A DNA stretch of 63,603 bases, counting the filler, from Craspedostauros australis (Eukaryota): assembly GCA_030167865.1 (NCBI GenBank). It is 10 parts of 10 records of this genome, joined end to end, with 100 filler letters (N's around TTAATTAATTAA, not from the genome) between each part and the next. Parts side by side here need not be neighbours in the genome. Positions count along the whole stretch, not along the records: positions 8,215 to 18,864 come from JALAGF010003895.1; positions 18,965 to 24,257 come from JALAGF010003896.1; 8 more parts are not named here. One strand, written 5' to 3'. Shown piece by piece: positions 11,224 through 23,228 of the stretch (the stretch's first letter is position 1; each line of letters starts with the position of its first letter). Position numbers and translations under genes: made by a program. Under the pieces are notes generated by a model. That model saw only the letters and a program-made list of their open reading frames with translations. It searched no databases and was not told the DNA's origin.

Positions 11224-12036
11224 CTACTTCCAGAACGCAAGATTCTTGGGCTTGGCACCTTGACGGTAGAAGAGACCTGTGGCCTTGTCCTTGTAAAAGA
11301 TCTCGCCATTCTCGTAGATGCGATCGCCGTACTTCTTGTCGAGCCGGAAGCTGATGTCGCTGGGGAGCTCCTCCTCTGTGTACGGATCGTCGTAGTAGGG
11401 ATCAAAGTCGATGCCGAAATCCGTCTCGAATCGATCGATCTCAGCATCGGTCATGCGGTACGTGCGCCGTTCCAGGTCCTCGTCGTCTTCGTCGAAATCC
11501 TCCGCATCCGCAACGGCCACACGGCGACGCCGACCCGATTGCTCGGCCTGCTGACGTCTCTCCTCCATCCTGCGCTGCTTCTCCTCCTCCAGCTGACGCG
11601 GCTTGCCGTACGCGCTCCATTCCAAGGCCGCCTCCTGCCGCCGCAGCTCGATCTCCGATACCAGGGGATCCTCGCGCAGCCTGCGTTCGCGGGCCTCCTC
11701 GACGCGCTGCTCCCACGCGCGCTCCTCCAGGCGGCGCCTCGTGAAGCGGTTGCTCCAGGCGGAGATGATGCCGAGAGTGGGCAGCGAGATGGCGAAGAAG
11801 TGATCGGGGACGTTCACGAGCGCGCCAAGTTGCGTCGTCGATTGCTGTTGCGGCCGGCTTCGTGGCGTTGGCAACGATTCTGGCATTGTCGTTGATTTGG
11901 ATGCTGCAGCAGACGTCGATGTTGGGGGAATGGCGAATGCGTCTGCATGGCCGAGGCATTGCAGCAAGGCGCAGCACATCAGCAGCGATGCGAGCACCGA
12001 TGTCGGCCTTTGCGAGCGTCGTTTCGGAATTGCCAT
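11224..12036 (-). CDS. Predicted plastid-targeted hypothetical protein with one hydrophobic segment and a charged coiled-coil
   Basis: Signal-like LASLLMCCALLQCLGHADA followed by F-AIPP and an S/T-rich transit region; strong GC3 coding bias; ends GAKPKNLAFWK. Confidence 0.75.
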   Translation of the reverse strand: MAIPKRRSQRPTSVLASLLMCCALLQCLGHADAFAIPPTSTSAAASKSTTMPESLPTPRSRPQQQSTTQLGALVNVPDHFFAISLPTLGIISAWSNRFTRRRLEERAWEQRVEEARERRLREDPLVSEIELRRQEAALEWSAYGKPRQLEEEKQRRMEERRQQAEQSGRRRRVAVADAEDFDEDDEDLERRTYRMTDAEIDRFETDFGIDFDPYYDDPYTEEELPSDISFRLDKKYGDRIYENGEIFYKDKATGLFYRQGAKPKNLAFWK

Positions 12037-12997
12037 GGTGGATAGTTGATCGTCTGCCGTCAATCGCCGCTGTCTGAAGTTGTGCTCACACAAGCATGCA
12101 GAGTAGAGCACTTGCGTTCGATTGGGCGAGGTATCGGGATTGCGATGATGGTGGAGATGGTGTGGAGATGTTGTGAAGATGTTGTGATGGTGGTGGGTGG
12201 AGGCGATCGTTGACGTGCTTCCTCGTCCGCGAGCGCAGGGTGCAAGTGCTCCGTACTCTCAGCAGTTGTCGCAGAGGAAACAGCGTCGATTGGGAATGGT
12301 GAGTTGTTGGCGGGTGTGGTGACATGGGGAATCTGGAATCTGGAATTGTATCGCATTCATCCCATCTTCGTTGTGACAACTCGAATCACGAGCCGCAAAC
12401 ATGACTGGCGTGGAAAATCAACCATCCAATTTCGAGCGAGGAACCAATCATCGTTGCCGGAACATGGTCGAAACACGGCCATCCCTCCATCCGAGATCTT
12501 GTTGTTGTCAATGATGCTCTTGTTTCACCTCCATCTTCATCCCCATCTTGATCTTCATCCCTGATCTTCTGTCTTTGCCATCCTACCTCTAACTTTGCAA
12601 CTGCATCAAGGGTTTCAAACCCGCATCGTGTGACGTTCGCTCCTGATTCCATCGGAACAAACCCAATCAAACCCAACCAACGTCGACCTCAGACCCAAAC
12701 CCACACCTTTGTTCTTCCTTGCTCTCCTCTTCCAAACCCCTTGGACACATCTGTCGCCCTTCACTACGGACCGCCCCTCCTTCGTCATTGCGGACAATCA
12801 CATCCATTCACAAATCTCCAAAGTCACAAAACCCACGGTGCCTCACTTCAACATCAAGTCAGGACTTGAAGCCGAGCTCACTCCTTCACAATTATTCCAA
12901 TCTCAGCATCCTCTCGCAGCGGCCAGACAGCATCCATTGACAGAATACTGTACCACCTCTGCATTCCGTCCATCAAGTTAAACATCACACGTGAACA

Positions 12998-15217
12998 ATG
13001 AGAATCAGCACCAACGCAGCCATCGTGGGCCTCCTGGCCCTACCAGCATCCCTGGCCTTCGTTCCCAATGCCTTGCTGTCAAAGACGCAGATGGACCAGA
13101 ATGCCCTGACTTCGTCCGCATCAGGCCTTGCTCTTGCCACTGGCAGCACCATTGGCAACACCATTGGCAAGACCCACCTCATGTCCACAGCATCGGCCGA
13201 CGGAGAGTCAGCAACCTCGCCTCTGCTCGAACGACGCAAGCGCCCACCGTACGTGCCAGGACAGATCCCTGATCCTGACTACGTCCGCATCTTCGACACC
13301 ACCCTGCGCGACGGTGAGCAGAGCCCGGGAGCCACCCTCACATCCAAAGAGAAGGTGGAGATCGCTCGCATGCTCGCAAAGCTCGGGGTGGACATCATCG
13401 AGGCTGGCTTCCCAATCGCATCGCCCGATGACTTTGAGGCCGTCAAGCGCATCGCCGATGAAGTGGGCAACGAGCTCTTCGACGACGGCTACGTCCCCGT
13501 CATCTGCGGTCTCTCGCGTGCCTTCCCCAAGGACATCGAACGTGCCTGGAATGCCGTCAAGGGAGCCAAGCACCCGCGCGTGCACACCTTCATCGCCACC
13601 AGCAAGATCCACATGGAGACGAAGCTCAACAAGACGCCCGACGAGGTCGTGGAGATCGCCGTCAATGCCGTCAAATTCGCAAAGAGCCTGGGCTGCGAGG
13701 ACATCGAGTTCTCGCCGGAGGATGCCGGCAGATCCGATCCGGAATTCTTGTACCGCATCCTTTCCGAGGTCATCGTCGCGGGTGCCACCACCCTCAACAT
13801 CCCTGACACCACGGGCTGGAACATGCCGTGGGAATTCGGGGGCCTCATCAAGAAGCTGCGCGACAACGTCGAGGGAGCCGAGAAGGTCGTCTTCAGCACG
13901 CATTGCCAGAACGATCTCGGCCTGGCCACGGCCAACTCCCTGGCGGGCGCCCTCAACGGTGCCAGGCAGCTGGAGTGCACCATCAACGGCATCGGCGAGC
14001 GTGCCGGAAACGCATCCCTCGAGGAGATCGTCATGGCCCTTGCGCTCAAGGGCGACACCGAGTTCGCCGGTGGCCCAGGCACGGGGAAGCTCTACACCGC
14101 CATCAACCCGGTCCACATCACGCCAACCTCCAAGATGGTCTCCGAGTACACCGGGATGATGTGCCAGCCGCACAAGGCCATTGTCGGTGCCAACGCGTTC
14201 CAGCACGAATCCGGCATCCACCAGGACGGCATGATCAAGAACAAGAGCACCTACGAGATCATGACGCCGGAGAGCATCGGCCTCATGAGAGGGGATTCGC
14301 AGTCCGGTGCCGGCATCGTCCTCGGCAAGCATTCCGGCCGCAACGCCGTCAGCACGCGCCTCAAGGAGCTCGGCTACGATCTGGATTCCGACAAGCTCAA
14401 CGCCGTCTTCACGCGATTCAAGCAGGTCGCGGAGCGCAAGAAGGGTGGCCTCGAAGACGAAGAGCTCGAGGCCCTCGTCTCGGACCAGTCGGGATTCTAC
14501 AACGCTTTGTGGTCCCTCACTGGACTGCAGGTCGCCACCGGCATGTCCGGCATCCCAACGGCCACCGTCAAGATGCGCGGACCAGACATGGTCGAGCGCT
14601 TCGTCGCCACCACGGGCACGGGGCCGGTCGATGCCGTCTACAAGGCCATCGATCAGATCATCGGCGTTTCCGTCGAGCTCGAGACCTACCAGCTCAACTC
14701 CGTCAACGAAGGCATCGAGGTGCGTGATGCGTTTCTGTCTATTCTGCCATGTCCCTGTTGTTTTGTGCGCGTGTGCTTTCTTTTTGTTCGCTTGCTGATC
14801 TGTGTACCATTGTTGCGACAGACAAATGTGGATACGTGCAATGTCGCATCTCAACTCATCCTTTGCTTCTTGTCCTCCTCTGCTCCTTCTTCATTCTCGC
14901 ATGCCAATTTAATGCAACAACGTGTCCATATTTTGCAGGCCATCGCTGTCACCAGAGTCAGCGTCTCTCCAAAGGAGGGAGGTCCAAATGACAAGCTCTC
15001 TCTGCATTCTCAATCAGGCATCATGACCACTAGAAAATTCTCCGGCACGGGGTCCGACTCCGACATAGTAACATCGTCCGCTCGCGCCTACGTCTCGGCG
15101 CTCAACAAGCTCCTGTCATGGAACGCACGCAAGCTGGAAACACCAGCGGATGACGATGCCGCCGAGGACAGCAGCGACGCGCAGGCGCAGACATCACCAG
15201 TCCAGCAGGTGGCTTGA
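12998..15217 (+). CDS. leuA: 2-isopropylmalate synthase, plastid-targeted; intron 14720-14938
   Basis: [74 protein letters not shown]-terminal regulatory GTGPVDA; presequence ASLA-FVP; GAG|GTGCGT..TTGCAG intron. Confidence 0.96.
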   Translation: MRISTNAAIVGLLALPASLAFVPNALLSKTQMDQNALTSSASGLALATGSTIGNTIGKTHLMSTASADGESATSPLLERRKRPPYVPGQIPDPDYVRIFDTTLRDGEQSPGATLTSKEKVEIARMLAKLGVDIIEAGFPIASPDDFEAVKRIADEVGNELFDDGYVPVICGLSRAFPKDIERAWNAVKGAKHPRVHTFIATSKIHMETKLNKTPDEVVEIAVNAVKFAKSLGCEDIEFSPEDAGRSDPEFLYRILSEVIVAGATTLNIPDTTGWNMPWEFGGLIKKLRDNVEGAEKVVFSTHCQNDLGLATANSLAGALNGARQLECTINGIGERAGNASLEEIVMALALKGDTEFAGGPGTGKLYTAINPVHITPTSKMVSEYTGMMCQPHKAIVGANAFQHESGIHQDGMIKNKSTYEIMTPESIGLMRGDSQSGAGIVLGKHSGRNAVSTRLKELGYDLDSDKLNAVFTRFKQVAERKKGGLEDEELEALVSDQSGFYNALWSLTGLQVATGMSGIPTATVKMRGPDMVERFVATTGTGPVDAVYKAIDQIIGVSVELETYQLNSVNEGIEVRDAFLSILPCPCCFVRVCFLFVRLLICVPLLRQTNVDTCNVASQLILCFLSSSAPSSFSHANLMQQRVHILQAIAVTRVSVSPKEGGPNDKLSLHSQSGIMTTRKFSGTGSDSDIVTSSARAYVSALNKLLSWNARKLETPADDDAAEDSSDAQAQTSPVQQVA

Positions 15218-15452
15218 GTCGACAACGACTGCAGTCAAGTGTACGAATGCTGCGACACTAAACTATGATATTATAGAATCCATCCAATTCAAAGCATGGA
15301 GCGAACTGTTCGTTGTGTTATATTTACTCTTTTCCAGTTTGCTAGCACTCTCTTTCCATGCATGCGGTGCTGTTCTGTTGTCTTGGGATTGGTTGGGACC
15401 GCAGCTGCGAATGCATCTCTCTTCAGGACTGACAATGCTATTGTTCACGACC

Positions 15453-17335
15453 TCACAGCCACAGCTTCTTGTCGGACATTGCCGATGACAGATCGAACTT
15501 CGGCCCCGAGCCTTCCTCCTCTTCTTTCCTTTCTTGCATGAGGAATTGCAGGTACTCTTCGTCCATTTCGGCATCATTCAATCCAAGATCGTACTTCTCC
15601 ATCATCATTTCCAAGTCTTCGTCAGTCAGTTTCTGAATTTCCTCTTCATGTGACATTGCCTCCAAAACATTCAAATCCTCTTCTTCCAACTCGAATTGAA
15701 AGACCTTGCGCAATTGAAGATGTCGCTGCATGGGGTGATCCGCGTCAGACATCAATCGGCTGCAGACCGCGACGCTTTCGATCTGCTCTGGATTGCGTTG
15801 GAGCATCCATCGCAGCACCAGGCATGCCATCGGAACTTCGTATCGCAGGGCCATCTCATCAAGCGGTTCCAGAACATCGCCGCGGAATTGCTTCCAAACA
15901 GCCTGGTCATTGCTGATGCCACCTGCAGTACGTTTGGCCCACGGTCTCAGAACTTCCTTGAAATGGTACCTCGCCGATGGCATCATATCCATTGCGTCAG
16001 GTTTGAACAGGTGACCGGAAAAGCGATCCGTCAGCAAACCCCCAAGCAGCGCAGACGACGCCCAAATGGGAGCATTTTTGTACGTCCTCGGATGCCGCAG
16101 CAGTGATCCAGATTCATGGACGCCGTCGATACAGTCAAATCCATTGGTTTGAGCAACCCGCAGTGCCTTCCATGCAGCTTGGTCGCGGATTGTGACGGAA
16201 CGGAGCAAGCCGTCGTGCTTGAGGTCCGTGAGACAATCCAGGATATCTGGAAGGTACGGAGTCTCCTTGAAGTCTGACGCAGAGTAGAGCAGAACGGAAT
16301 AAATCGAAGAGTAGAGAGTGTTTTGAAACATTGAGGAACGTGGCGAGTGGGGGTTGCAAAGGATTGGATGAAACGCGGTAATGTGCATTTGGACAGATGC
16401 ACAAATCGCAGTAGCGCAGTGGACTTACTGGTGAGCTGAAGCGTATCAATCTCCGCCATTCCAGTCCGTCCCAAACAGTCCAAGATTGTGGAACGCACGT
16501 CGTTCCTCGAAAACGGCGCCGTGCTCGTCGGAATGTGATACGGCAGCACGATATTGCAGCCTTCAATGACACGGTTGGGCGTATCCTGCTGCAAACGCCC
16601 CAAGATGGCTTCCTCCGCCCACATTTGCTGTTCTCGATTTGGAGATGACAATACGAAAGTGTTGAATCCGCTGTCAATCATCCGCTGCATGTTGGCGACG
16701 ACCCGCGTGGCATCCGTCACGGAGTCGTCAAAATTGACGTCGATAGATATTGCACAGGCGTCTTTTCGATGCGTGTTAGAATCCTGGGATGCCGTCAGCA
16801 GTTTTCGATAGGCACCTCGTGGCAGCAATCCATCGACTGGATCCAAGTTGCGTTGGAAGGGGATCGTCGTTCCGTCATCGATGGGCGGTGATTTGTCGAT
16901 CTTAACTCCCCAGAATCCAACGTCCTGAACCCTTGGTTGATCCGGAGTGCGCTCATCCGCAGGGTTCCTTCTGCTTTCGTTGGTGTCGTCTCGGTAGCTG
17001 CCTTTTCGTTTCATCAGCTGATTGTTCATCCCATCTCGGGAACGAAACGTTGTGCTCCTGAGGGATCGATTGACATCCCTGCTCCTGCGCTTCTGAATCC
17101 ATTGTTGTTGTGGCCGTGGCCCACGATAGGTGTCGGTGCTTGCTGGTGATTGGATTGTTCTGTAGTTTGGGGAGAATGCATGAGCAATGTTCGTGTTCGT
17201 GTTCGTGTTCGTGCTCGTGCCAACACCAACATTGCCATCGGTAGACGTGTCGATGCTTGTGCTGGTATCAATTGGTGAATGTGAAAAGAGCAGCACGAGT
17301 GCACACCATACATGTACTCGGATCGGCCGCGACAT
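15453..17335 (-). CDS. Aldo-keto reductase-like protein, probably plastid-targeted; exons 16429-17335 and 15453-16273
   Basis: Intron GTAAGT(16428)..GTCAG(16274) joins the two ORFs in frame (IDTLQLTNFKETPYL). AKR-like segments LGRTGMAEIDTLQL, LTDLKHDGLLRSV, ALLGGLLTDRF, MALRYEVPMACLVLRW, VFQFELEEED; presequence has AHA-FSP. Confidence 0.7.
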
Positions 17336-18964
17336 TGTGCCTCCGCAAGGACCAGGGCAGGTGGAAAACGTTGACCCTGTGCTTCTGTGGCTTTCCGAGA
17401 CGAACAGAGGAGTCGATCGTAAGAGGTACGAGTACTCTCCTATTGCACTGCTTTCGTCTTGAATCTTCGATGGCTGCGGTCGTCTTCAACGCGCATGCAG
17501 TGGCGAATGACGAATGGCATTTCACGCGGAGGAGAAGAATCGCAACCTATCGCTCTCGGTCTCTGCTTCTATCTCCGACCACGCACGGAACTGCCTTCGG
17601 ATGTTCTGGTGCAGATGCGTTGGTGGTGAGCCAGATTGAGATTGGAGCGAATTCCGATTTTTTGATGCGTTGATGTCGTTGATGTGTTGGGAACTGTAAC
17701 ATGCGGTAGAAATGCAATACTTACATTTTGTCAACAATACGGACAAACAGAATCGTGGGGAGAATTCAATGTTGTCGAATTTGTCCGGATACAAGAACGA
17801 CTTCCAATTGTGAAATTGCCGTTACTTCCGTATTGCCCACTCCAAGAGCCAAACCAAACCAGACCAAACGGAAACGCGTGAAGAGAGAAGCAAAGACACT
17901 TTGCGGAAACAAGTCAAACAGTCTCTGGCTCGAACGGGGAAGCGCAAGATTATCCATGAGGCGGCTGGCTGGAACTCGAGGTCGGAACTGGTGACCGAGA
18001 GCAACAAAAGCGTTCGCAAGGACCGCTTCGGATCCAATGCAAATTTGATGTATCACAGCTCCAGTGAACTTTGGACCGCGCCGATGGGGCACTTGTGTCC
18101 ACGCTCAGAGCAGGATGTGTTCCGCCAAGGCGCAAGTCGCATGGGCAGATGGGTGAGAGATGGAATCCTCACTACGATCTATTATACTCAACTTATCAAA
18201 TGTGTCGGTGGAACTGCAGGAGTTGGATGATTGGAGCGGCAAACCATAGCGTGGGCCTGCGGGGAGAGATGCCTGATCGTGGATCACGCGGCACCACTGT
18301 GAGAGTACGTACATGGTACGTTGTTGGGACAACACCAGACCACAGCCATCAAGAATTTAATGGCCGCGTGCGGGCAAGTTACGACACACGTGAAACCGAT
18401 TTAGAGTGAAAAAGAGTAAAGATGCAGATTATGAGTCTTATCGATGTCGTATGCGTCAGTGTGTTGGCTGCATTACTGTGTCGTCCATGAGTGGTAACAG
18501 CGTCTATCGTGTAACGTCGTTTCAACGGTTTCATACATATCCCGGTTTGGTCCCCTCGATGCGCGGTGGCTGTGCTAGCCGTCGTATCGTCACATTTTGG
18601 TTGCATTCGGGATGTACCTGCTGCATGCCCCACATGTGGACACCGCAGGGCGCTCAGCCCACCAATCAGGAGCAGAGCCCATGATTGACCACCCTTGGGT
18701 ACTGTTGCGCAGCGCCGAGGTCAAAAGAGGACCCGTTGTGCTTGTTCCTTTCGTCTCGGTCCTTGTTGTTGCTTCGTGAGCATGTCGGATAGGTTGGTTT
18801 CGGATGGTTCATGCTGTACCACCAAGATACCCGCTGCGATGCTTTCTCTGACGAAGTGATATGCNNNNNNNNNNNNNNNNNNNNNNNNNNNNNNNNNNNN
18901 NNNNNNNNTTAATTAATTAANNNNNNNNNNNNNNNNNNNNNNNNNNNNNNNNNNNNNNNNNNNN

Positions 18965-21900
18965 ATGCTGGTGCAGATGTTGGCCGATCACTTGGCTGTT
19001 CTGTTGCTTGCGTTGTTTGTGTTGGCTGTCCTGTGACCGATGGTGCACTCGACGGCGGGAACGTTGGTGATCGTGTTTCCTTGTTCTCTTGTGTCGGTGT
19101 CGAGGTTGAGGATGGTACTCCACTTTGCTGGTGCGTTGGTTGTGTTGTTGGACCTGTTGGCTGTGCTGTTGCTGATGGCGTTTCACTTGGTGGAAATGTT
19201 GGCTGGGCAGTCTCGCCATTTGATGTGGTTGGCAGGTGCGACGACACCGTTGTTGATGTTGGTGGACTCGTCGGCGCGGTTGTTGGTGCTATCGGTTGAA
19301 TTGAACCCGATGGTAGCATGGACGGTGGAAAGGTTGGTTGCGCTGTCTCCTTTTCATCCTCTGTGGTCGGTGCTTGGCTTTGAGTTGGTCGAACAGTCGG
19401 ACTGTCGGTAGGTGCTAGTGTCGGACCTGATGGATTGCTCGAAGTTGTTGGAATGGACGAGGGTGGAAAGGTCGGCTGGTCGGTTCGTTCTACTTGATTG
19501 GCTCCTGTCGGCGCTTGCGACGTACTGGGCGGCTCTGTCAATGGACTGTCGATGGGCGTTGGTGACAGTGACGTTCCCGGAATGTCGTCCTCCGACGTTG
19601 GTGGCGACGTCGAAAACTCGGACGACGGCATGGGAGACGATGCTGTTGCATTGTTCAGTCCCAAATCCTCACGCGTGATGACAACCGTCCGGACCTCTTC
19701 GGCTTCAGGCGAGAATATCGTGCTTTTGTAGACGAGCTGTTCATTCCTTGTTAGGTTGGTCGAGCCGACAACCATGTCTGATAGCATTTGTGTGAAGAGG
19801 ATGATGACGTCTTTGTATGACACGGACGAGCTTGTGTCAGTCTGGACTTCGTCTGTGGTGTTGCTGTCTTGGTCGCTCACTTGCTGAAGCTTTCTCGTTG
19901 CGTCAGCTTCTGTTTGGTTTGCCACAGTCCCAAATAAAGCATCAAGGTCGGGGCACTTGGGGCGTCGGCAACTCACCGACACCACCCAATCAATTGTGAG
20001 GAAGGATTCGTCAATCGTCCAGTTTCCGATTTCGGCGCCTTGTGCTGGGATGCTGCGCTCAAACAACTCGTTGCACTGAAGCGATACCTGATTGTACGCA
20101 TCCTCAAAGGTTTTGGTAAGCATATTTGTCGTGATCCCTTGTGTCCCAAGTGCTGGGAAAGCGGGGTTCAGAAAAGTGGAGAGATATCCCTGCGAGGTGA
20201 CAGGGTTGCTGTCGCATGTGCTTCTCGGGAGAGTTGTTGCTGGGGATACAATCTCTGCAATGTACTCCGAGTTCGATGCCACGATCACCGTTGAAACCAA
20301 CCCGACGCTCACAGCAACTTTGGTGACAGTCGAAGCTCCGGCGATACCAGCAGCCAAACCACCCACCAACCCAGCACTCGTCCCTGCGCCCGCCGCGACG
20401 GCTGCCGTGGCTGTTGTCACGGCCGCCACCGAGGATGCAGCATTGCTTGCTGCACTGATCGCCATCGATTGGATAACCTGCGTTCTATTTGGTAGAAAGT
20501 GCGTGTGGACCCAATCCAAAATGGTAAAGCAACGACAGTAGCAAATGGAACAAATGGCGTGAGATGTGCGTGGCATGACGTAGCATGAAGGCAGCGCTCT
20601 GAGCGTCTTTGTTCGACTCCAATGTTTTCAGCGGAGTTACTTACTGTGCCGTCGTTGCTGCCGCGGCGCCAGGGTTCACCGGAGCGGCCACGACAGCAAA
20701 ATTCTGGGACGATGCATTCATCGAAGCGTTCATGGATCCGTTCATCGAACCGCTCAAGGCGGTTTCCGCTCCAGCTGGTGGCGGCGCTGCCATCGCGGAT
20801 GCTGCTTCTCCTGTGGTCGTCGCAGAAGCTCCTCCACCATTGGCTGTCGCCCCGTTTTGCAAGGCGCTCCCTCCTGCGGCTTCAATTTCATCGCGTCCGT
20901 TGTCATTGGATTGACTCCTGATTCTCTTGAATAGCCACCCTGCCCCGGCCATGAAGCCCATGCCGAGTCCAGCGAATGCCATGCCTTTCACAACTTCCTT
21001 GGCTTGCTTTTCCTCCTCGTCTTCTTCCAGTTCTTTCTTGGTCTTCTCTTTCTCCGTCTCAGCATCCTGGCTCATGGCGGAAGAAGCATTGTTCGATTTC
21101 TTGAGCGAGTCATCCCCCGAAGGAAGCTGGTTGAACATCAAGCTTTCGACGCCGAAACTGTCATCTGCGCTCGTTCCGAATATTCCGCCCAGACTTTTGA
21201 GAGACGATTCGTCCTTCGGATCTGCCCCACCTGCCTTGTTGTCCGTCGTCGCCGTCGTCGCCTGGTCCTCGCCCATGATGCCAGTAAGGTCCATGGATTG
21301 GTCCATGTCGATGGCTGCGAGCTCTGGGTCTGATACGTGCAGATCTTGCTCAATCCGCTGGTTGGGAGCAACGGCAGGATTTGTCTTGTTATTGGCGCGA
21401 GCGTCGTTGGCAGTGCTGTGATCGTCCTTCCCGCTGTCACTATCGCTGTAACTGTAGCTGTAGCTACCGCCAGCGTCGCTACCAACGCCTCCATCTTCCA
21501 CCGGCATCACCATCGCCGCATCATGATACGTGTCTGCTTGGTCCATTTCAGGTGGCAAATTGACATCAGGTGCAAAGCGGATGGTTTTTATCCTCGGTGG
21601 GAATTGCGCAGTTGGTGGTCTTAACGTGCCATGCGGAAGCGTCTGCAGGTCTCCTTGCTGCTTTGCAGGACTGGTGCCTGATCGTGCCGTTCCCGCCGCA
21701 TCCGCGTCCAGTGCCGGCGACTTCGACGATCCCGAGGTTGGATGCGCGCCCAGATCGTCCGCTCTCATCGACTTCTGCGATTGCTGCAGTGCTTCGAAGT
21801 ACGCACTTTGCAAGTCATCGCCATCCGAGTCGTCGTCGCCGTCTCCGTCCAGCATGAACGCTGTCAACGCGCCGTTGCCGTCAAAGAAGTTCTCCATCTG

Positions 21901-22890
21901 GAGGCTCTGATCGCTGCCGTTATGGAGATCTACGTCCACGACGACCTTCGGCTTTGGCTGTGGCGTCAGCGGCGATGTCGGAGCCATGGCGTCCTCCATG
22001 CGATCAAACGAAGCCGAAAACACCGTCCCCGTCATGGGTAAGATAGGAGTAGTCTCCGCAGGGCTAACGAAATTTTGGACATGGTTGCTGTTGCCCAACG
22101 AGAAACTCACATCGTCCGAACCAGCCCGGACCCTCATCGGCGATAACTCTGTGCTTTGTTTGCCGGGTATTGCGGTGGCATCAGGACTTGCGCTGCGGTA
22201 TCTGTTGCTTCGGTCACCTCCTGTTCTCAGGGCGATGAACTCCTCCTCATTTGCGCTGCTCTCTTCTTGAAGGCGATTGGAAATGCTCCTGCTAGATGCG
22301 GATGGATCAACGTCGAGCTTGCTGTTGGTGCCACCGGTTCTGTCGTCGTCAACCAGCGGCGGTCTTTCGTCATGGATGCAAAAACATGGATGTGGTGGCA
22401 AGATCCCATCCGCACGCCGCAAGACAAGCGACGCGAAAGGGGGCGGAGATGGAGCAGAGACGGAGATAGGATTGAAACCCCCAGAGCAAGGAACCAAAAG
22501 TTAACAACAACAAGAGCAACCGAGTGAGTGAATCATTGTTGCGGTGAGCGATCAAGCCAATGGAATGGATGGCTTGCTGCACGCCATCCCCCCACCATGC
22601 TCCTGGCAAAAGGCCGCGGCGGCTGCCCTGCCGAAGGAGGAAGGAACGTACAGAGTGAAGCTGTTGTCCAGCGATCCGAAGGGAGCATTGAGGTCCTCGT
22701 GGTGCTCCTCCTCCATGACTTCATCCAGCATGCCGTCCCGAAAGGCTGCCCCGCTGTCGATTCTGCCACCGTGCTGGCTGCCCTTGGCCTCTTCATCCCA
22801 GTCCCAGTCCCAGTCCATGGCAGCACCCTCGCCGTCGCTGGTTGCATCCTTGCCGCCTCTCTTGCCGTGGCTAGCATCTCTCCGACTCAT
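18965..22890 (-). CDS. Large membrane protein with low-complexity N-terminal part and P/T/S-rich (PTxxP, mucin-like) C-terminal region; multi-exon, 3' end in gap
   Basis: ORFs 20641-22497 and 18909-20576 join through a predicted intron 20485-20644 (CA|GTAAGT..AATAG|A); a tentative first intron is 22364-22651. Hydrophobic GMAFAGLGMGFMAGAGWLF and A/G/V-rich segments; repeated QPTFPPS units. Start is uncertain. Confidence 0.6.
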
Positions 22891-23158
22891 GGTGCTGACG
22901 GTGGAGGGGAGGCTGTGTGGTGCACCTTGCTTGGTTGGCAACCTCTTCCTCTTCCTCGTCGTCGTTGCGGTGTGCGTATGCGGGTGGTCGGTGCTGTCAG
23001 TATCCGTGCTCTGCACTTGCACGAGCTATTGGTGTGAGTATCAGGCAACAACTGGGGTTGCGCAAGTTCGAGTTTTGCGATGCCGCCTTTCCTCTGGAAT
23101 GGATGTCGAGCGACGCCGAAGAATGGTGGCAGGCGTTGTTCGAGGGTTGTCGCGTCTC

Positions 23159-23228
23159 GTCTTGTATCGTATCGTATCGTATCGTCTCGTATCGTCTTGT
23201 GCTCAATGCTCTCTCTCTCTCTCTCTCT
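23159..23228. repeat. (TATCG)n and (CT)n microsatellites upstream of the membrane-protein gene
   Basis: gtatcgtatcgtatcgtatcg followed by a (CT)10 tract. Confidence 0.8.

Noticed and set aside
11355..11405. YYDDPYTEEELP in the plastid protein resembles the STAND N-terminal FYDDGYTEEE motif
   Set aside because: Short acidic/aromatic similarity, different predicted compartment and context; probably coincidence.
13208..14854. Long antisense ORF over leuA (also 30953-32353, 6316-7446, 45536-46687, 47142-48251, 50549-51490)
   Set aside because: Shadow frames produced by GC3-rich codon bias of the real genes; no motifs of their own.
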